Below the pieces are notes generated by a model. That model was not told the origin of the DNA, did no database searches, and was given only the letters and a program-made list of their open reading frames with translations. Shown here in pieces: positions 37,701 to 50,127 of a DNA stretch of 64,000 nt. The position numbers and the translations under genes were made by a program. Origin of the DNA: Batkoa obscura (Eukaryota). The DNA is taken from contig JASVEC010000020.1 of the NCBI GenBank assembly GCA_030770535.1, positions 310,001 through 374,000 of the forward strand, given 5' to 3'. Numbering within the stretch: position 1 is the first letter of the stretch; each line of letters opens with the position of its first letter.

Positions 37701-38303
37701 TTTTATATTAATTATAAATTAATTGTGCTTTTAGATTGATTTATTACTAGTTTAAATACATAAAACCTACTGGTTTAAAACTAATAATATACATGATTGC
37801 CTTATGAGTTATAGATTGCTTTTATTAAATATAAATTATAAAGTGAATAATAAAATCAAAATAATCCATCTATGTAGATTTTATGACTTATATTTTTAAT
37901 TGGTTTTTTTATATCAAGTCTTATGATCTATTTATTCAATTTTTAATCTGATAAAGGATTCATTGCAAATTTGAATATCCCGTATCTAATCATTATATTA
38001 TTATCCAAGGATTTATCTTTATTTGATTTTTTTCACTGATAATCTTCCAAGTATAAAAAAGAGAAAAAATATATATTAAAAATTTCGGGCAAGTGTTAAA
38101 ATAAGGTGTCAAAAATTCTAAAAGCAAGGATTAACTAAAAATAGCTATTATAATGACTACATAGTTTATCTCTGATACTTCATAGCCTTATTACGTTATT
38201 TGTTAATTGATTAATGTTGCTATTTACTCATAAATTTGTGCAATTTAAATTATTTAGAGTAAAGTGCGAAGTTAAAAGATATTAATATTTATGAATTTGA
38301 ATA

Positions 38304-39351
38304 TTAAATAGATAGTTTATTAAAACACTTTAATTTACAGTCAAAGAACCTTGTATCTAGAAACGTTTCTTTTTTCTTTAACAAAAAATAGCCTCTAGTT
38401 TGATTAGTTGTTGAATCTAAACTTAACATTGAATCAAATAGCAATTTTAAGTCTACAAAAAATGGAGGGTATTTAAACCTAATTGTTTCAAGAGTTAGAT
38501 CTAAATACAAAATTAGATATACTAATTTAGTTTACCTAGCCATATCTAAAACTAATACTTTATCAGTAATGGGATCATAAGCTGCGATTGGTGAAAAATG
38601 GCCTGTCCCTGTTTGACCTAAGGTTTTACGATAAAAATTTAAAACTAAGCTTTCATTTTGTGAGCTACAAACTCTTTTTATATCTAAGCGAAATTTTTCT
38701 AAATCTAGGTTATCTCCACGCTGGCTTTGAACCTTGCAATGTCTTTTAGAAATACCTAAAATAAAGAACTTTTAGTATATAGACTGTAATATGATACTTT
38801 TACTTACAATGAAATTGATCAAACGTTACACCATTTTTTAGTATATATTCTGTAGGTATACATGCTTCCTCTAATACAACACCTTCATCATACCTAATGA
38901 ATAAAGTATTATTGAGCTGCTATTTTTAATATATAACTAGTTACCATCTCCAAACTCCTTTCCATTGTTTTAAAGGATCGATCCCCAAAGCGTTTAAGCA
39001 CATTACTAGAGAGCTTACACCACAAACTAAAAATTATAAGCTGAAGTTTTAAGTATTTGGGATAATATTACATGCAGGTTCACTTTGAAAAGAGAAATGG
39101 CCAACTGTATTAAAATAAGCTTCGGTATATCCAGATTTCATAGAGTTTTTGAAGTGATCTTTTCCTTCTTTACTACTCAAAGCTATTAAGTGTTTTGGTA
39201 ATGGTTTTTGATAGTAACTCAGTGGTATATCTTTATTATTATCTGTAGCTAATTTGGCAGCGATCGGCGAACTTGTAAAAACATTGTTTGTATGTTGTAG
39301 GATGCTCGATAAACTAGATATTCTCTTAGTGGTCTGTTTTAATGAATTCAT
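38304..39351 (-). CDS. PCS1: Phytochelatin synthase (catalytic domain only), multi-exon
   Basis: Spliced FQSEPAFCGVSSLVMCLNALGIDP...WKGVWRW (catalytic Cys), GQTGTGHFSPIAAY (His), LVLDMAR/FKYPPF (Asp), and TNQTRGYFLL. Confidence 0.92.
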
Positions 39352-39454
39352 ATTTTAATAAATAGTTAGTTGATATAAAAAATAAAAAGAGATAAAATTT
39401 TGATTTATTAATAAATCAATTTTCTTTTATAGCTTAGCATTATCAGTTTTTCTA

Positions 39455-39578
39455 TTATCTGATTTTTTTTATTCGATTTAAGCCAATTATTTTGATGTAA
39501 CTTGATAAGTTAATTACAATGTGATTTAAGTTGATTCATCTGATAATTTTTTTCATCTGATAATTTTTCATCAGATAT
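39455..39578. promoter_or_regulatory. Cluster of ATCWGATAW GATA sites (SreA/Fep1-type) plus CCAAT upstream of PCS
   Basis: TTATCTGAT 39455-63 (minus-strand ATCAGATAA), ATCTGATAA 39538-46, ATCTGATAA 39555-63, ATCAGATAT 39570-78, and CCAAT at 39483. Confidence 0.6.
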
Positions 39579-40760
39579 CTTTGTAGAACCCAGCTTAATT
39601 TTATAATAAATAAAACTTAAAAATTAATCTTACTGAATAAAGGTATTGTTTACATATTATAAATTGTTAAACCAACATTAATGGAAATATGATTTAAATT
39701 GCCATTTTATATCAAAGTGTATCTAAATTAGTAATAACTGCCTATAAGTAGATAGGCTCTCTAGGTCTATTAAGCTTGATTATAATCTCTTAATATTAAA
39801 GTTATCAGATATAATCAACAGCAGTTTATTAGTAAAACAACTACTAATAAGATCTTAAACCAATTATGAAGTTATAATTCTTTGATATAAGTTAAAAATA
39901 TCAGTACAAGTATAAAATGACCCATATTAAATAAACCAATAGCTTTAACGTATAACTGCGTTTTTTACCTATTTCCTTTTTTGCTATTTTAAAAGTTGAA
40001 ATTGATTTACTAATGCAACTATTTAAGTTCAAATGTGCGCTAATAAATGGCAAATTTTGTAATTGATTATTTGCTTATCATAATAGCTTGACACCTACTA
40101 TCTAATTCTTGTTTTAAAACAAGCAATTAGCTAATACTTAACCAAGTTTGAACAGGATACTGTTCAATTAACTTCTAAACTTAAAGAAATAGCAAAAAAG
40201 GACAATCAGTAAAAAATATACCCATATGTATAATTTAACTTATAGCCACACCAATTACTTGCAAAATTAAGAATGACTTCATTTGTAAGATAGATTTTTA
40301 GAATTGTAATATCAAATTTTTATCTGTTGAATATCAGATTAAAAGTATAGACGGAACTTTATATTTATATTAAGTATTTTAAAAAATATTAGTGGTCAAA
40401 AAAATATATAATATTTCACCTGCTTGCAAATTTTGTTTTCTGTTTAAAGAAAAAGGTTTTTTAAATAAGTTTATTTGTAAGCTTTTACTATAGCTTTGTA
40501 TCATTAAATGTACCAACAAAATATAAGCCATACAATTTATATTTGATACTTGAATACAATATTTATTTACAATTAAGGCTAAATTTTCAAGTTCTTATTT
40601 ATTACAATATAGCATTATTTTGCATTTTGGAAATAATGATTGATTCATGTTTTTTATCATTATAAAAGGAATAATCTCATATTATCATCATTAGAATTAG
40701 ATGGATATATAACTTATGTTAAAGTTAAATTGATAAAAAAGTTATTTTGAAAAAGCCAAT

Positions 40761-40865
40761 GAACGGGAATGTATTTTTGTGTTTAAGAATTTTACTAACA
40801 AATTTTCCATTCAAATAGTGCTTAAAAGATGGAAAAAGCGATGAAGCTAAAAAACACCCCCAAAT
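40761..40865 (-). mobile_element. MITE family A copy
   Basis: Reverse consensus match. Confidence 0.8.
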
Positions 40866-40996
40866 ACAGAAGTGATTAAAAATGATTAAGGGAAAAAATA
40901 AAATACTAAAAGCAGACTTTATGTAAAAACAGCTGCACGAATTGTAAGTCATTGTTTACAGTTTTAACCTAGTTCATTTTCAAGAGTAAAAGTAAT

Positions 40997-41184
40997 TTCC
41001 TCATGGGGAATCGAAGCCCAATCGCTCTGGTGAAAGCGAAAAACATCAGCCATTAGACCTTTAATCTGTTTCAGTCTACCAATAAACGTTTACATGCCTT
41101 TTGACTCGGTTTCCTATACTTTGATAACAACTTAATCCACTTAACTAACCTTCAGTTAAATCCCAACTACTGGACCATAAAGAG
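40997..41184 (-). pseudogene. Disrupted tRNA-Glu(TTC)-like sequence
   Basis: Minus strand GGTCTAATGGCTGATGTTTTTCGCTTTCACCAGAGCGATTGGGCTTCGATTCCCCATGAGGA (41059-40998) lacks its 5' acceptor strand. A tRNA-like 5' end GCTCTTATGGTCCAGTAGTTGG lies ~100 nt upstream. Confidence 0.55.
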
Positions 41185-41555
41185 CTAATATTAATGTTAA
41201 AAGTTTAATATAGCCTGTTTTTGAAATAAAGTTAATTAAATATTTTAGCCATTGGAGTTTATGTATTCCTTCTAGGTTTTTAAATAGAAAGCGTTCTAAA
41301 CTCTTTTAAGAATATGACGTTTTACATTATTTAGCTTGGCAATGGTACTAATATTCGATTTTGTACTATTTATATACTTAATTATATATATATTAGATAT
41401 TTATAAGCTAATATTTTGAAGAACGTTAAAAGGTAACAAAGTTTAGATAATACTCATGACTAAATAATGGATAATAATAAAACAGATAAAGTAAGATATA
41501 TAATTATTTATTTTTTTCAAAAAAAAGGCTATTTAACAAATGCAAACAAGCGAAC

Positions 41556-42470
41556 TTAGCAAAAGTTGCTATCGATCAAAATACCAAAATACTCTACATG
41601 CGAAGGAAGGTCTAATACAACCCTAGGTACACCAAGGGAACAGTTAGGATCTTCTAAGGCTGTGTTAGAACAATAGTGAGGCCCCCTTCTATCTAAGTAA
41701 ATTTCGTTACCATGATGGGTATAATCCAAGACTATTCTTGGAGGGAGCCTTGGTATCAAATCAGCAAACTGAACTACTCGCGCTGTTTTTAACGGTTTTG
41801 AGTTATACCATCTAGCAAAATTGGAGTTCCCTACGCGCGTTTGGCCATAAGTGAATAAGGAAATGCGTTCCCAATCCAAGTCAAGGACAGCTTGGGTTCT
41901 AGCAGCTGCTAGAGAAGCTATCGAGCCACCCATAGAATGGCCAATGAATTTTATATTGTAATTCTTGTACTCTTCTTGTTGTAGCAATGAATCAATGATT
42001 TCCAAAAACTGTTTAGATACAGAATCCATTGCTCGATAAATACCAAGATGAACACGTATTTTGGTATCTCCAGCGTCTGGGAATTGAGTGTTTAATAGAT
42101 AAGTGGTATCCAATAGGTTACTGATACTATTTAACCCACGAAATACTATAAATATTGATTTATCGTCTTCATCAATACCTACATAGCCTTGAATTTCAAA
42201 TAAAAAATCACTAAACGCTTGTATAAATTTTGTATTTGGAAGAGTATCACATAACCTACAATCCCAGTTTTTTATTTTATTGGGGTTGCATAGACCACTA
42301 GCCGCGTACCATACATTTCTTTTGGCTTCTTTTATAGTCGCTCTTTTAGTAACATATTTTAGACCCAAGCTATGATCTGCTATAGCTAAATCGTATATCT
42401 CTTCAGAGGTTATTAATTGGGAATATATAGTGTGAAAAGTTAAAAAGAATAAAAATAGAAGGGAGTTCAT
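41556..42470 (-). CDS. Secreted class-3 (fungal triacylglycerol) lipase
   Basis: Signal peptide, VFRG, GHSMGG nucleophile elbow, TYGQTRVGN, DLIPRLPP, HHGNEIY and HVEYFG. Confidence 0.92.
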   Translation of the reverse strand: MNSLLFLFFLTFHTIYSQLITSEEIYDLAIADHSLGLKYVTKRATIKEAKRNVWYAASGLCNPNKIKNWDCRLCDTLPNTKFIQAFSDFLFEIQGYVGIDEDDKSIFIVFRGLNSISNLLDTTYLLNTQFPDAGDTKIRVHLGIYRAMDSVSKQFLEIIDSLLQQEEYKNYNIKFIGHSMGGSIASLAAARTQAVLDLDWERISLFTYGQTRVGNSNFARWYNSKPLKTARVVQFADLIPRLPPRIVLDYTHHGNEIYLDRRGPHYCSNTALEDPNCSLGVPRVVLDLPSHVEYFGILIDSNFC

Positions 42471-43766
42471 TATTAATTAGATAAACTTATTTCTTTTCTT
42501 AAAAAAATAATCAAAAGTTATGATAAATAAAAGAATTGAAGTATTATATATATATTAATTACTTCTTTAATCTAGTGCCATGCTTTCCGTTATTTAAACT
42601 GCTCTCAATATTAAAACTCAACATTTCTTTCAACGGGTAGAATTTGCTACTCTATTTTTGGAAACTGAGCATTAATCGGTTTAAATTTCGAGTATACAGC
42701 TACTTCAACTCTATTTTAACTTAATTTGCGAAGACTTTTAGAGCTGACTATTTGTTTATTTAGCTTCTTTTAACCTTAATTTGCAAACTTGGTATATTTT
42801 ATCTAAAAAAATTCTTAAATGAACAGTTAAATATGTCACAATAAAGTTGCATCAATTGAAATTATTAAAGGAATATTAATTGGTAGTTAAAAATATCACT
42901 CTACGTTACAATCTAGAAATTGAGATTGAAAATTTAATGCTCCTATTAAACAAGTTGACATTAAATATAGCCATCATTTTCAAGGCAATTTTTAAAATGG
43001 AATTCAATGTTTAAAGATGTTCTGGCCTTCAAATCCAAAGTTTCTTTGGTAAGCCTTATATATCCTTTAACTACTATCGATTCTATACTATTTGAACATT
43101 AAACTGACTAAAAATCACTTTTACAATGTCATCATTAAAATGCTTTTTATTACAATTAATGCCTATTTATAGGTTTATTTTTAATGAGAAAGTTTATGTC
43201 AAGAACTATACAAAGCACATATTAGCTAAATTAGTACCCCAATCATTTATGTCTTATATTACTGAATTTGTACTTAAAAAGTAGATAAAATACTAAAGAA
43301 ATTATGTTATAACCTATATAATAGGACAACATATTTCAATTTGATTTTATAATATATCTGGAATTGAATTAACTTATATTCAAATCTACCTTATAATTAC
43401 TATAATGACTCAGACATTTAAGAAGCAAAACTTTTAAAGTCGAACATTCACTAAGTTTAACTCCATATAAACTTGAAAGTTTTATCATCACAAAACTAAT
43501 GTACAAACTAAGAGATGATGCCAGTATTATGAAACTGAAGCATTAAGGTGTTAATAAAACATTATTATCAGTAAATTTTAAAAGAATTTTTTATTAAGAA
43601 AAATGTTACAGGCTAAGTTTAATTTTTATTGATTTTTATTATAATTCATACTGCTAATAGCTTATACTATTACTTTGTTATATAGATTTTTAAAATGATA
43701 TAACAGCTAATATATATATATTTGATGATGAAACTTGAGGATGCTAAAAATAATTAATAACCAAAA

Positions 43767-43871
43767 TATGAAGATGTATTTTTGTGTTTAAGAATTTCAC
43801 TAACAAATTTTCCACTTAAATAGCGCTTGAAAAATGGAAAAAATAATGAAACTGAAAAAAACACTCCCATA
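43767..43871 (-). mobile_element. MITE family A copy
   Basis: Reverse consensus match with TA flanks. Confidence 0.85.
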
Positions 43872-44909
43872 TTCTTCAAAAATGTCTTAATTATAGTTCT
43901 AGACAAATAAATATAAAAAAATACAAATGAAAAATAGTTGATTTTTTATAGCTAATAATTAATTAAAATACAATAAAATTAAATAAAACCAAACTAGAAT
44001 ATAGTAACATTCAATAGTTACAAATATAAGAGGTTTTATTCCCAGGACCTTTATTTCCATGGTGTGTTTTTGGTATTAGTAGATATGGCAAACATACACT
44101 ATCTACTATTTCAAAACAATGTGATTTGTATTAAGTTTCAAAAAAATAAAGACAAAGCGTAATACATCATAATTACCTGATATTCGATATAAATTTCCGA
44201 CCTAATGTTTATTTAAATAAACTATTTATTAGATCTTATTTTTATATTTTTTATGTAAACAAGATTAAATTAACCACAATGCTATGCCTGAATTTACGAA
44301 TCAGAGATAAATTATTGTATTTACAATTATTAAATAATTCTCTTATTGTTTATCTTTACGTTATTTAAAAACTTTGAGTTATTTAACAGAATTTTGTACA
44401 AACTTTGTTTTGTAAGCTGTAATAGCTACTGGAAAGTAAATTAAAATAGTGCTAACAACCCAAAATTATAGTAATAAAATTAAAATCGAGATCATAAAAG
44501 AGAGATCATTTCAATGAAAGATGATTTCAAAATAAACTAAAATATTTATTTGATGAAAAATAGGAGGTAATAAAAGGTTAGTTTAAACTAATCTAATATC
44601 ATAGCAAATAGCATAAACATAAATTAAGATAAAATACTAAAAACTTGCTTAAAAAAAAGATATAGAAATAATAAACAGTGGTGACAAAATGACGACATAA
44701 AGAAGGTCAGACGGCTAATAGGTGGATTTAGAAAAAATAATAAATAAATAAACAAACATTTCACAACTAAAAATAACAAAATATTTATTATTATGAATCC
44801 TACAATTTATAACATTACACAAAACTTGAAAACAAAAAAAGTGAAAACACAACTCAAATGAGCTTACTAATAGATTATGATTTTAATTTTTTCCTCTATG
44901 ATACCAAAA

Positions 44910-45566
44910 TTAGTGCAATAAGCTTATTCCAACCATTGATAAACTGAACAAAATCGAACTACAAATTGAAACTGCTGATGAGTCAACGTTGTTGAGGGCA
45001 GTATTCATTTTTTTGGATGTCACTACCAATACCACTGTAGAAGTAGATGAAATCTTTTTACCACCAATTTGAGTGGTTGTAACTCTAGTACTTGTTATTG
45101 TACTTTCACTATCGCTAGAATCCTTTGATTCCTTATCGCTACTTTTATCGTCACTACTGGTTTTACTATTTTTATTATTTTTGCTATCGGTAGTAGTATT
45201 GCCTCCATTACTCGTACTAGTATTACTATCATCTGTGCTAGTCTCAACCTCTTTACTAGTTTTTTTTTGCGTGGTAGTTGAAGATTCGGACGAAGAAGAC
45301 TCAGAGCTTTTGCTACCTCCACTTTTGGCATTTATATCTACCCAATCAAACAAACATTTATTGTTGTCTCCATACTCAAAACAATGAAATACATCTTTGC
45401 TCTCTTGCTTCCAACATGGTGGACAATCGACAGTACATACAGAGCTTTTATCACCACCTCGGTAACACACTTTACCATTGGTATCTGGTATTGATAAGCC
45501 ATTAATACCTATGACTAAGCTGGCATAATAGATTAAGCTATTGGTAATAAAGGATTTAAACAACAT
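44910..45566 (-). CDS. Secreted Cys-rich/Ser-Thr-rich, probably GPI-anchored cell-surface protein
   Basis: ATG at 45566, signal peptide, six-Cys N-domain (CYRGG...CTVDCPPCW...CFEY...C), S/T/K/D linker and hydrophobic C-terminus. Confidence 0.8.
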   Translation of the reverse strand: MLFKSFITNSLIYYASLVIGINGLSIPDTNGKVCYRGGDKSSVCTVDCPPCWKQESKDVFHCFEYGDNNKCLFDWVDINAKSGGSKSSESSSSESSTTTQKKTSKEVETSTDDSNTSTSNGGNTTTDSKNNKNSKTSSDDKSSDKESKDSSDSESTITSTRVTTTQIGGKKISSTSTVVLVVTSKKMNTALNNVDSSAVSICSSILFSLSMVGISLLH

Positions 45567-46374
45567 TTTAAACAAACAAAACAAAGTAATTAAAGTATAA
45601 TAAAAAGAAAAGTGAAGTTTTAGTTATCTATTTTAATTGCTTTTATGCATTTTTTTTGTTGATTTAATCTATTGACATTAAATTTAACGCTTGACCAGTT
45701 ACTAGCTATTTTTGTTCGTTATATTGCCTAATTAATTAAAATCATTTGCATATAAAATGATCAAGTATGTGAAGAGCTTATTGGCTAAGAACTTTGTTGT
45801 TACATTTTTACTAAAAAATACGCTCCTATTTAATAACAAGTATTTTGTTATCATCTTACTTATCAATGGTACCTCAAGTGTTAGTATGTTCAACATCTAA
45901 AATTTTGATTAATTTGGGGTTTATTACTATATACTAAATGGTAGAAGGCAATAAAGTAATAAAAATAACCCTTTTTAATAATATAGTTACATAATAGTTC
46001 CCTTTTATGCATTTAATAGATTAGAAAACAAGTTAATATTATTAGTTTAGTCAATTCTTAGAATTTTTCTTGGCGATAAACTTATTTTTAAGCTGTGCCT
46101 ATATCATTGGTTGATAAAAATGCCGCTTAATAGAGTAAAAATAGATAAGCCAAAACAAAAAAGTAGAGTCTTAAGGTACATCAATTAAAGAACATTTAAT
46201 TAAAAAGTTGATCACTTGGTATGCGTAGTATTTTCATGGATTGATTTTTGAAAATGGCCTAATAAGTCAAATTAATCTTAAATCATGTGCCTACGATATA
46301 ATCACATTTATTCATCATCTAATGTTTAAATCTAGTAAGCTAAAGTATAAAAACTGTACTAAGAACAATAAGCA

Positions 46375-46447
46375 GCTTCTTTGGCGCAGCTGGCAGCGCG
46401 TGAGTCTCATAATCTCAAGGTCGTGGGTTCGATCCCCACAGGGAGCA
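46375..46447 (+). tRNA. tRNA-Met(CAT), elongator type
   Basis: GCTTCTT...AGGGAGC-A, anticodon loop CTCATAA, G1:C72 and GGTTCGATCC T-loop. Confidence 0.95.
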
Positions 46448-46613
46448 TTTTTGTCTTTTTCTACATAATGACTAATGTAATATACCAAAGAAAAATATAA
46501 AAACATCAAATTAGTTTATTTGTAAGTGTCAATCAAACCGCAGAAGTAAAGAAAAAAATATGATTAAAGTGAAAAAAAACAAAGATAAACAAACAAAGCA
46601 TCGATATTTTTTT

Positions 46614-48208
46614 CTAAATCATAAGCACCTTAAGTCGATTTCGTACCCCAGCAATTTTAGAATCTAGAGAATCTAGTTGTTGCTCTAATTCGTATTGCTT
46701 TAATCTTAATGTCTTAGTTACTTTACTGATAGGGATTTTAGAATAAGCTTGCGTCACTTTCTTTTTTTCTTCCATTAATTGATCTAATTTATTATTTAAA
46801 TAATCCAATTCACTCTCTTCATTCTCTTTATACTCCATCGTTGGTGAGGATAATGGTGTATCATTCATACTGTTACTAGTTTTTATTAGTTTGATTCAAA
46901 TTACTATTGGAAGTTTTATACTTACCCTTCCTTAATGTTTTCACTATTATCGTTGTTTAAACTATAAACGGAGATATTAAAAAACACAAATATCAAATAA
47001 ATAAAAGACTACCTTAAAGTAAGTGAGTGTCTCTTTTTAACTTCTTCCTTGATAATTGGGCTTAAAAATACTTGGAATTGTTCAACTTTATCCTAATCAT
47101 AAATGTTAGCTATCGGATTGTTTAGCTGTTGTCTGATTTACTTTAAGATCCTGATTCTCTTTTTTATAATTTTGAATATCCTTTTCATATTTCTGAACTT
47201 TTCTATATAAATGTTTAGTATAAAATCCCTTATTTGTAATGTTTAATCTTACTCTTCCAATTCTTGGATTTTACTCAAGTCTTCCTCGTTATTCTAAATA
47301 AATTTATTAAACACACTATTTTATATGTTATAATCGACTTGCCTTGTTTTCTTTAACTGTATTTTCAAGCTCACTACACAAAGCTGGTTAGCGTCTCAAT
47401 AATACATTAAAAGTATAACTTACTTAACCTTGACTAAATTTAATTTATAAACTGCTTTGAGTTCAGCCAATTCCAATCTAATAGAATCATTTTGATCCTA
47501 ATAATGTAAATATTTTTTCTGATGACTTAATAAACTTTACTTTTTCTTCTTTGAGCCAAACTTTAAGTTGATCTCTTTCTAAAGTAAGCGAAGCTTTAAT
47601 TTCACTTAACTCAGTTTCTTTAAATGTAAGGTCTAAAATCATCATTAATAACCTTCATATTATTATTGTCTTTTATTTTTACTTTCAACTCTCTTTTTAT
47701 TGTGCATATAATTAGTAGTAATATCGTCCATCTGTTTTAATAATTTCTTATTTTCTTCTTCAAGTTCCATATTCTAAATAGAAGCGATTACATTAAAAAC
47801 AAAATATACAACAAGAATAATTACCTTTAAACTTAACTCCTCGTTTTCGTCCAAAACCTCTTGTAAATTATTACTCTCTTCTATCATATCGAACTCTTGT
47901 TTGACTTGTAACTTATTTTCCAAAAGTTTAATTTTATTTAATAAACCATCAAGCTCTTTTTCTAATATTTGAATCCTCTCATTTTTCTCTGTTTGCTTCT
48001 TTTCCCCTTCCTTAACCTTAACTTCATAACTCTCTCTTTCTACTGACATTTGTCTCACTTTCTGCTGTAACATTTGTAACTCTTTTTCTTTTTCAAAGTT
48101 TACTTCGATCGGACTGGTCTTATTATTTTTTATACTAAAGGGTTTTTTTTACTTAATAGCTATTAATTTAACTTTGATGTTATCAAAATTACCTAAATCC
48201 ACTATCAT
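46614..48208 (-). CDS. Multi-exon coiled-coil protein with MPHOSPH9/enkurin-like C-terminal helical hairpin
   Basis: Series of E/K/L-rich exons bounded by GT-AG. Last exon LDQLMEEKKKVTQAYSKIP...ELEQQLDSLDSKIAGVRNRLK. Start ATG 48208 is tentative. Confidence 0.65.
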
Positions 48209-48856
48209 GGCTCGCAATTTCTTTAATACTTAAGTCCTGGCTACTTTTATTATCGACCTTCATCAACCAGTTTCCGGTTTTAAATTTTAATTTACCAAGG
48301 CCCATATTTGTACTCTTTTAAATATTAATCAAAGCTAAAGTAGATGTTACTATTATTTAGTTTAGTTTGTACAATATTTAACTAAGTGGGAAGCAATTAT
48401 AAAGAAATTAAGGATGTTGATTTTAAGCTTGAATTTTTTTTCTTTCCCAATAATAACACCGAGCCAATTAAACTACTGCTTCTCCGTTTTTTTAATTAAA
48501 TCGTTTTTGAACTGTTTGTGATGCTACTGTTTGAGTTAAATTGCTTATTAAGCGTTATGTCAATGATTAGCATTATAATTTAAAAAAAATAAAATAAAGA
48601 TAATACTGATGAAATCAGTAATAAATTTTATAATAAAGCTATTGATTATTAATGAAGGCAGTGTAAACAATAGTAAAAGTAATATAAATAATAATTATAT
48701 TAGCAATAAATAACTTTAAAACAAGTTTAATTGAAAACTTATAACTTAGACTTTAAATCCAAATAAGCGAAAAATTAATACCCAAACAAAAAAGCAAAAA
48801 AAACAAAAAACAAAAGGTTATTGAAATTTTGTTTCTTATTTTTAAAAAACAAATAA

Positions 48857-50058
48857 ATGCGCAACCGAAGTGAAGATAGCAACGAAAATAGTAGAAGAAG
48901 AGGCAGGGATGATGAGCCTAATATAACCTCAGTAGTAGGATCCAATCCAGATTCACCTTTATCTATTGCATTACAAGAGCTACTGTCAGCCATAAATGGT
49001 AATAGTTTGCAAGCTGGTTATCGTAGTCGTAATTTACGACAAAGAGGCAGAAGTGGGAGTACTAGAAGAATACGTAAAAAAATGATGTTACCAAAGGATA
49101 AAAGTTTAGCTATTATATCTTCTTCATTTAGAAATTTATCAAGCCGTAGTACAACAGAATATACATTGCATTTTGATGTAATTAAATCAGATGGTGGAGA
49201 GCATAAGTAAGTGTTTATTTTTAATGAATTGGGAAAGATTGTTAAGATTTAGTAGCCATATATATTCGATTAATAATATTTTAAGTGAGGATAGTGGGGT
49301 TTATAGGTAATATTAAGAAAATAATAATGATTAATGATGATAACTAAAATATTCTAGTTCCCAAAAAAAACAGAATGTAAATGTATTATTAAAATTTAAT
49401 CCAGGGATCACAGGGGTAGCAGATCCAAGCTGTGTAATCACAAAAGCAACTGCTCAATCCCCCTTTGAAGGATTTACTGCGCCTTGTAATTTATTTTTTA
49501 TCTATTAGTTTATATTGATCTTAAATTTATAAGGTACTGAAATAATTTTGTTTTTAAGTCACAAAGCGATTCAAATAGAAGGTATTTTATTCTTTTCAAG
49601 TTAATATAAAAATTATTTAATAATGGCACAAGATTTATATTAATATGATTTTCTTTTGTCAGATATGGAAAAATACGATGATATAAGCTATGAAGAATAT
49701 AGACAATGTGTAAAAGAACCAGAAAAGCACCCATGGAGGGTTAAAGACTTGCCAGTTGATTCCTATATTATATTAGACAAAGATAAAAATTACGTAAAAA
49801 CACAGACTATACCATTTAGGTAACAATAATAACATCATCGCTTAAAAAACGCATTTATTTACTTATGATTTAATTGAATAGAATGGCACGTTATATCGGA
49901 CTCAAATTGATTCGATCTCAAGGAGATTTAGGCAACATTGATTTTCAGTATTTTAGTGTTAAAGGTAAAAAAGAATCAAGGATAGGTTAAATGAATCATT
50001 AATTTAAGAGCTAGGTTTTTCTGGCCCCCGTTCGTTTTCTAAGGCAGATATATGCTAA
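48857..50058 (+). CDS. Conserved fungal protein with galactose-binding/discoidin-like domain, multi-exon
   Basis: Spliced motifs FDVIKSDGG, INNILSEDSGVY, GFTAP, ARYIGLKLIRS, NIDFQYFSVKG/FSGPRSF...C*. Confidence 0.65.
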
Positions 50059-50127
50059 AAAAAGATATAATATAGTATAATATAGTATAATATACTATTA
50101 TATTATATTAGTAGCTATTTTTTTAAT

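Noticed and set aside
46241..46509. Two short ORFs
   Set aside because: They overlap tRNA-Met and have no protein features.
48604..48621. CTGATGA...GAAA hammerhead-like core
   Set aside because: Only a short hairpin; stems I-III cannot form.
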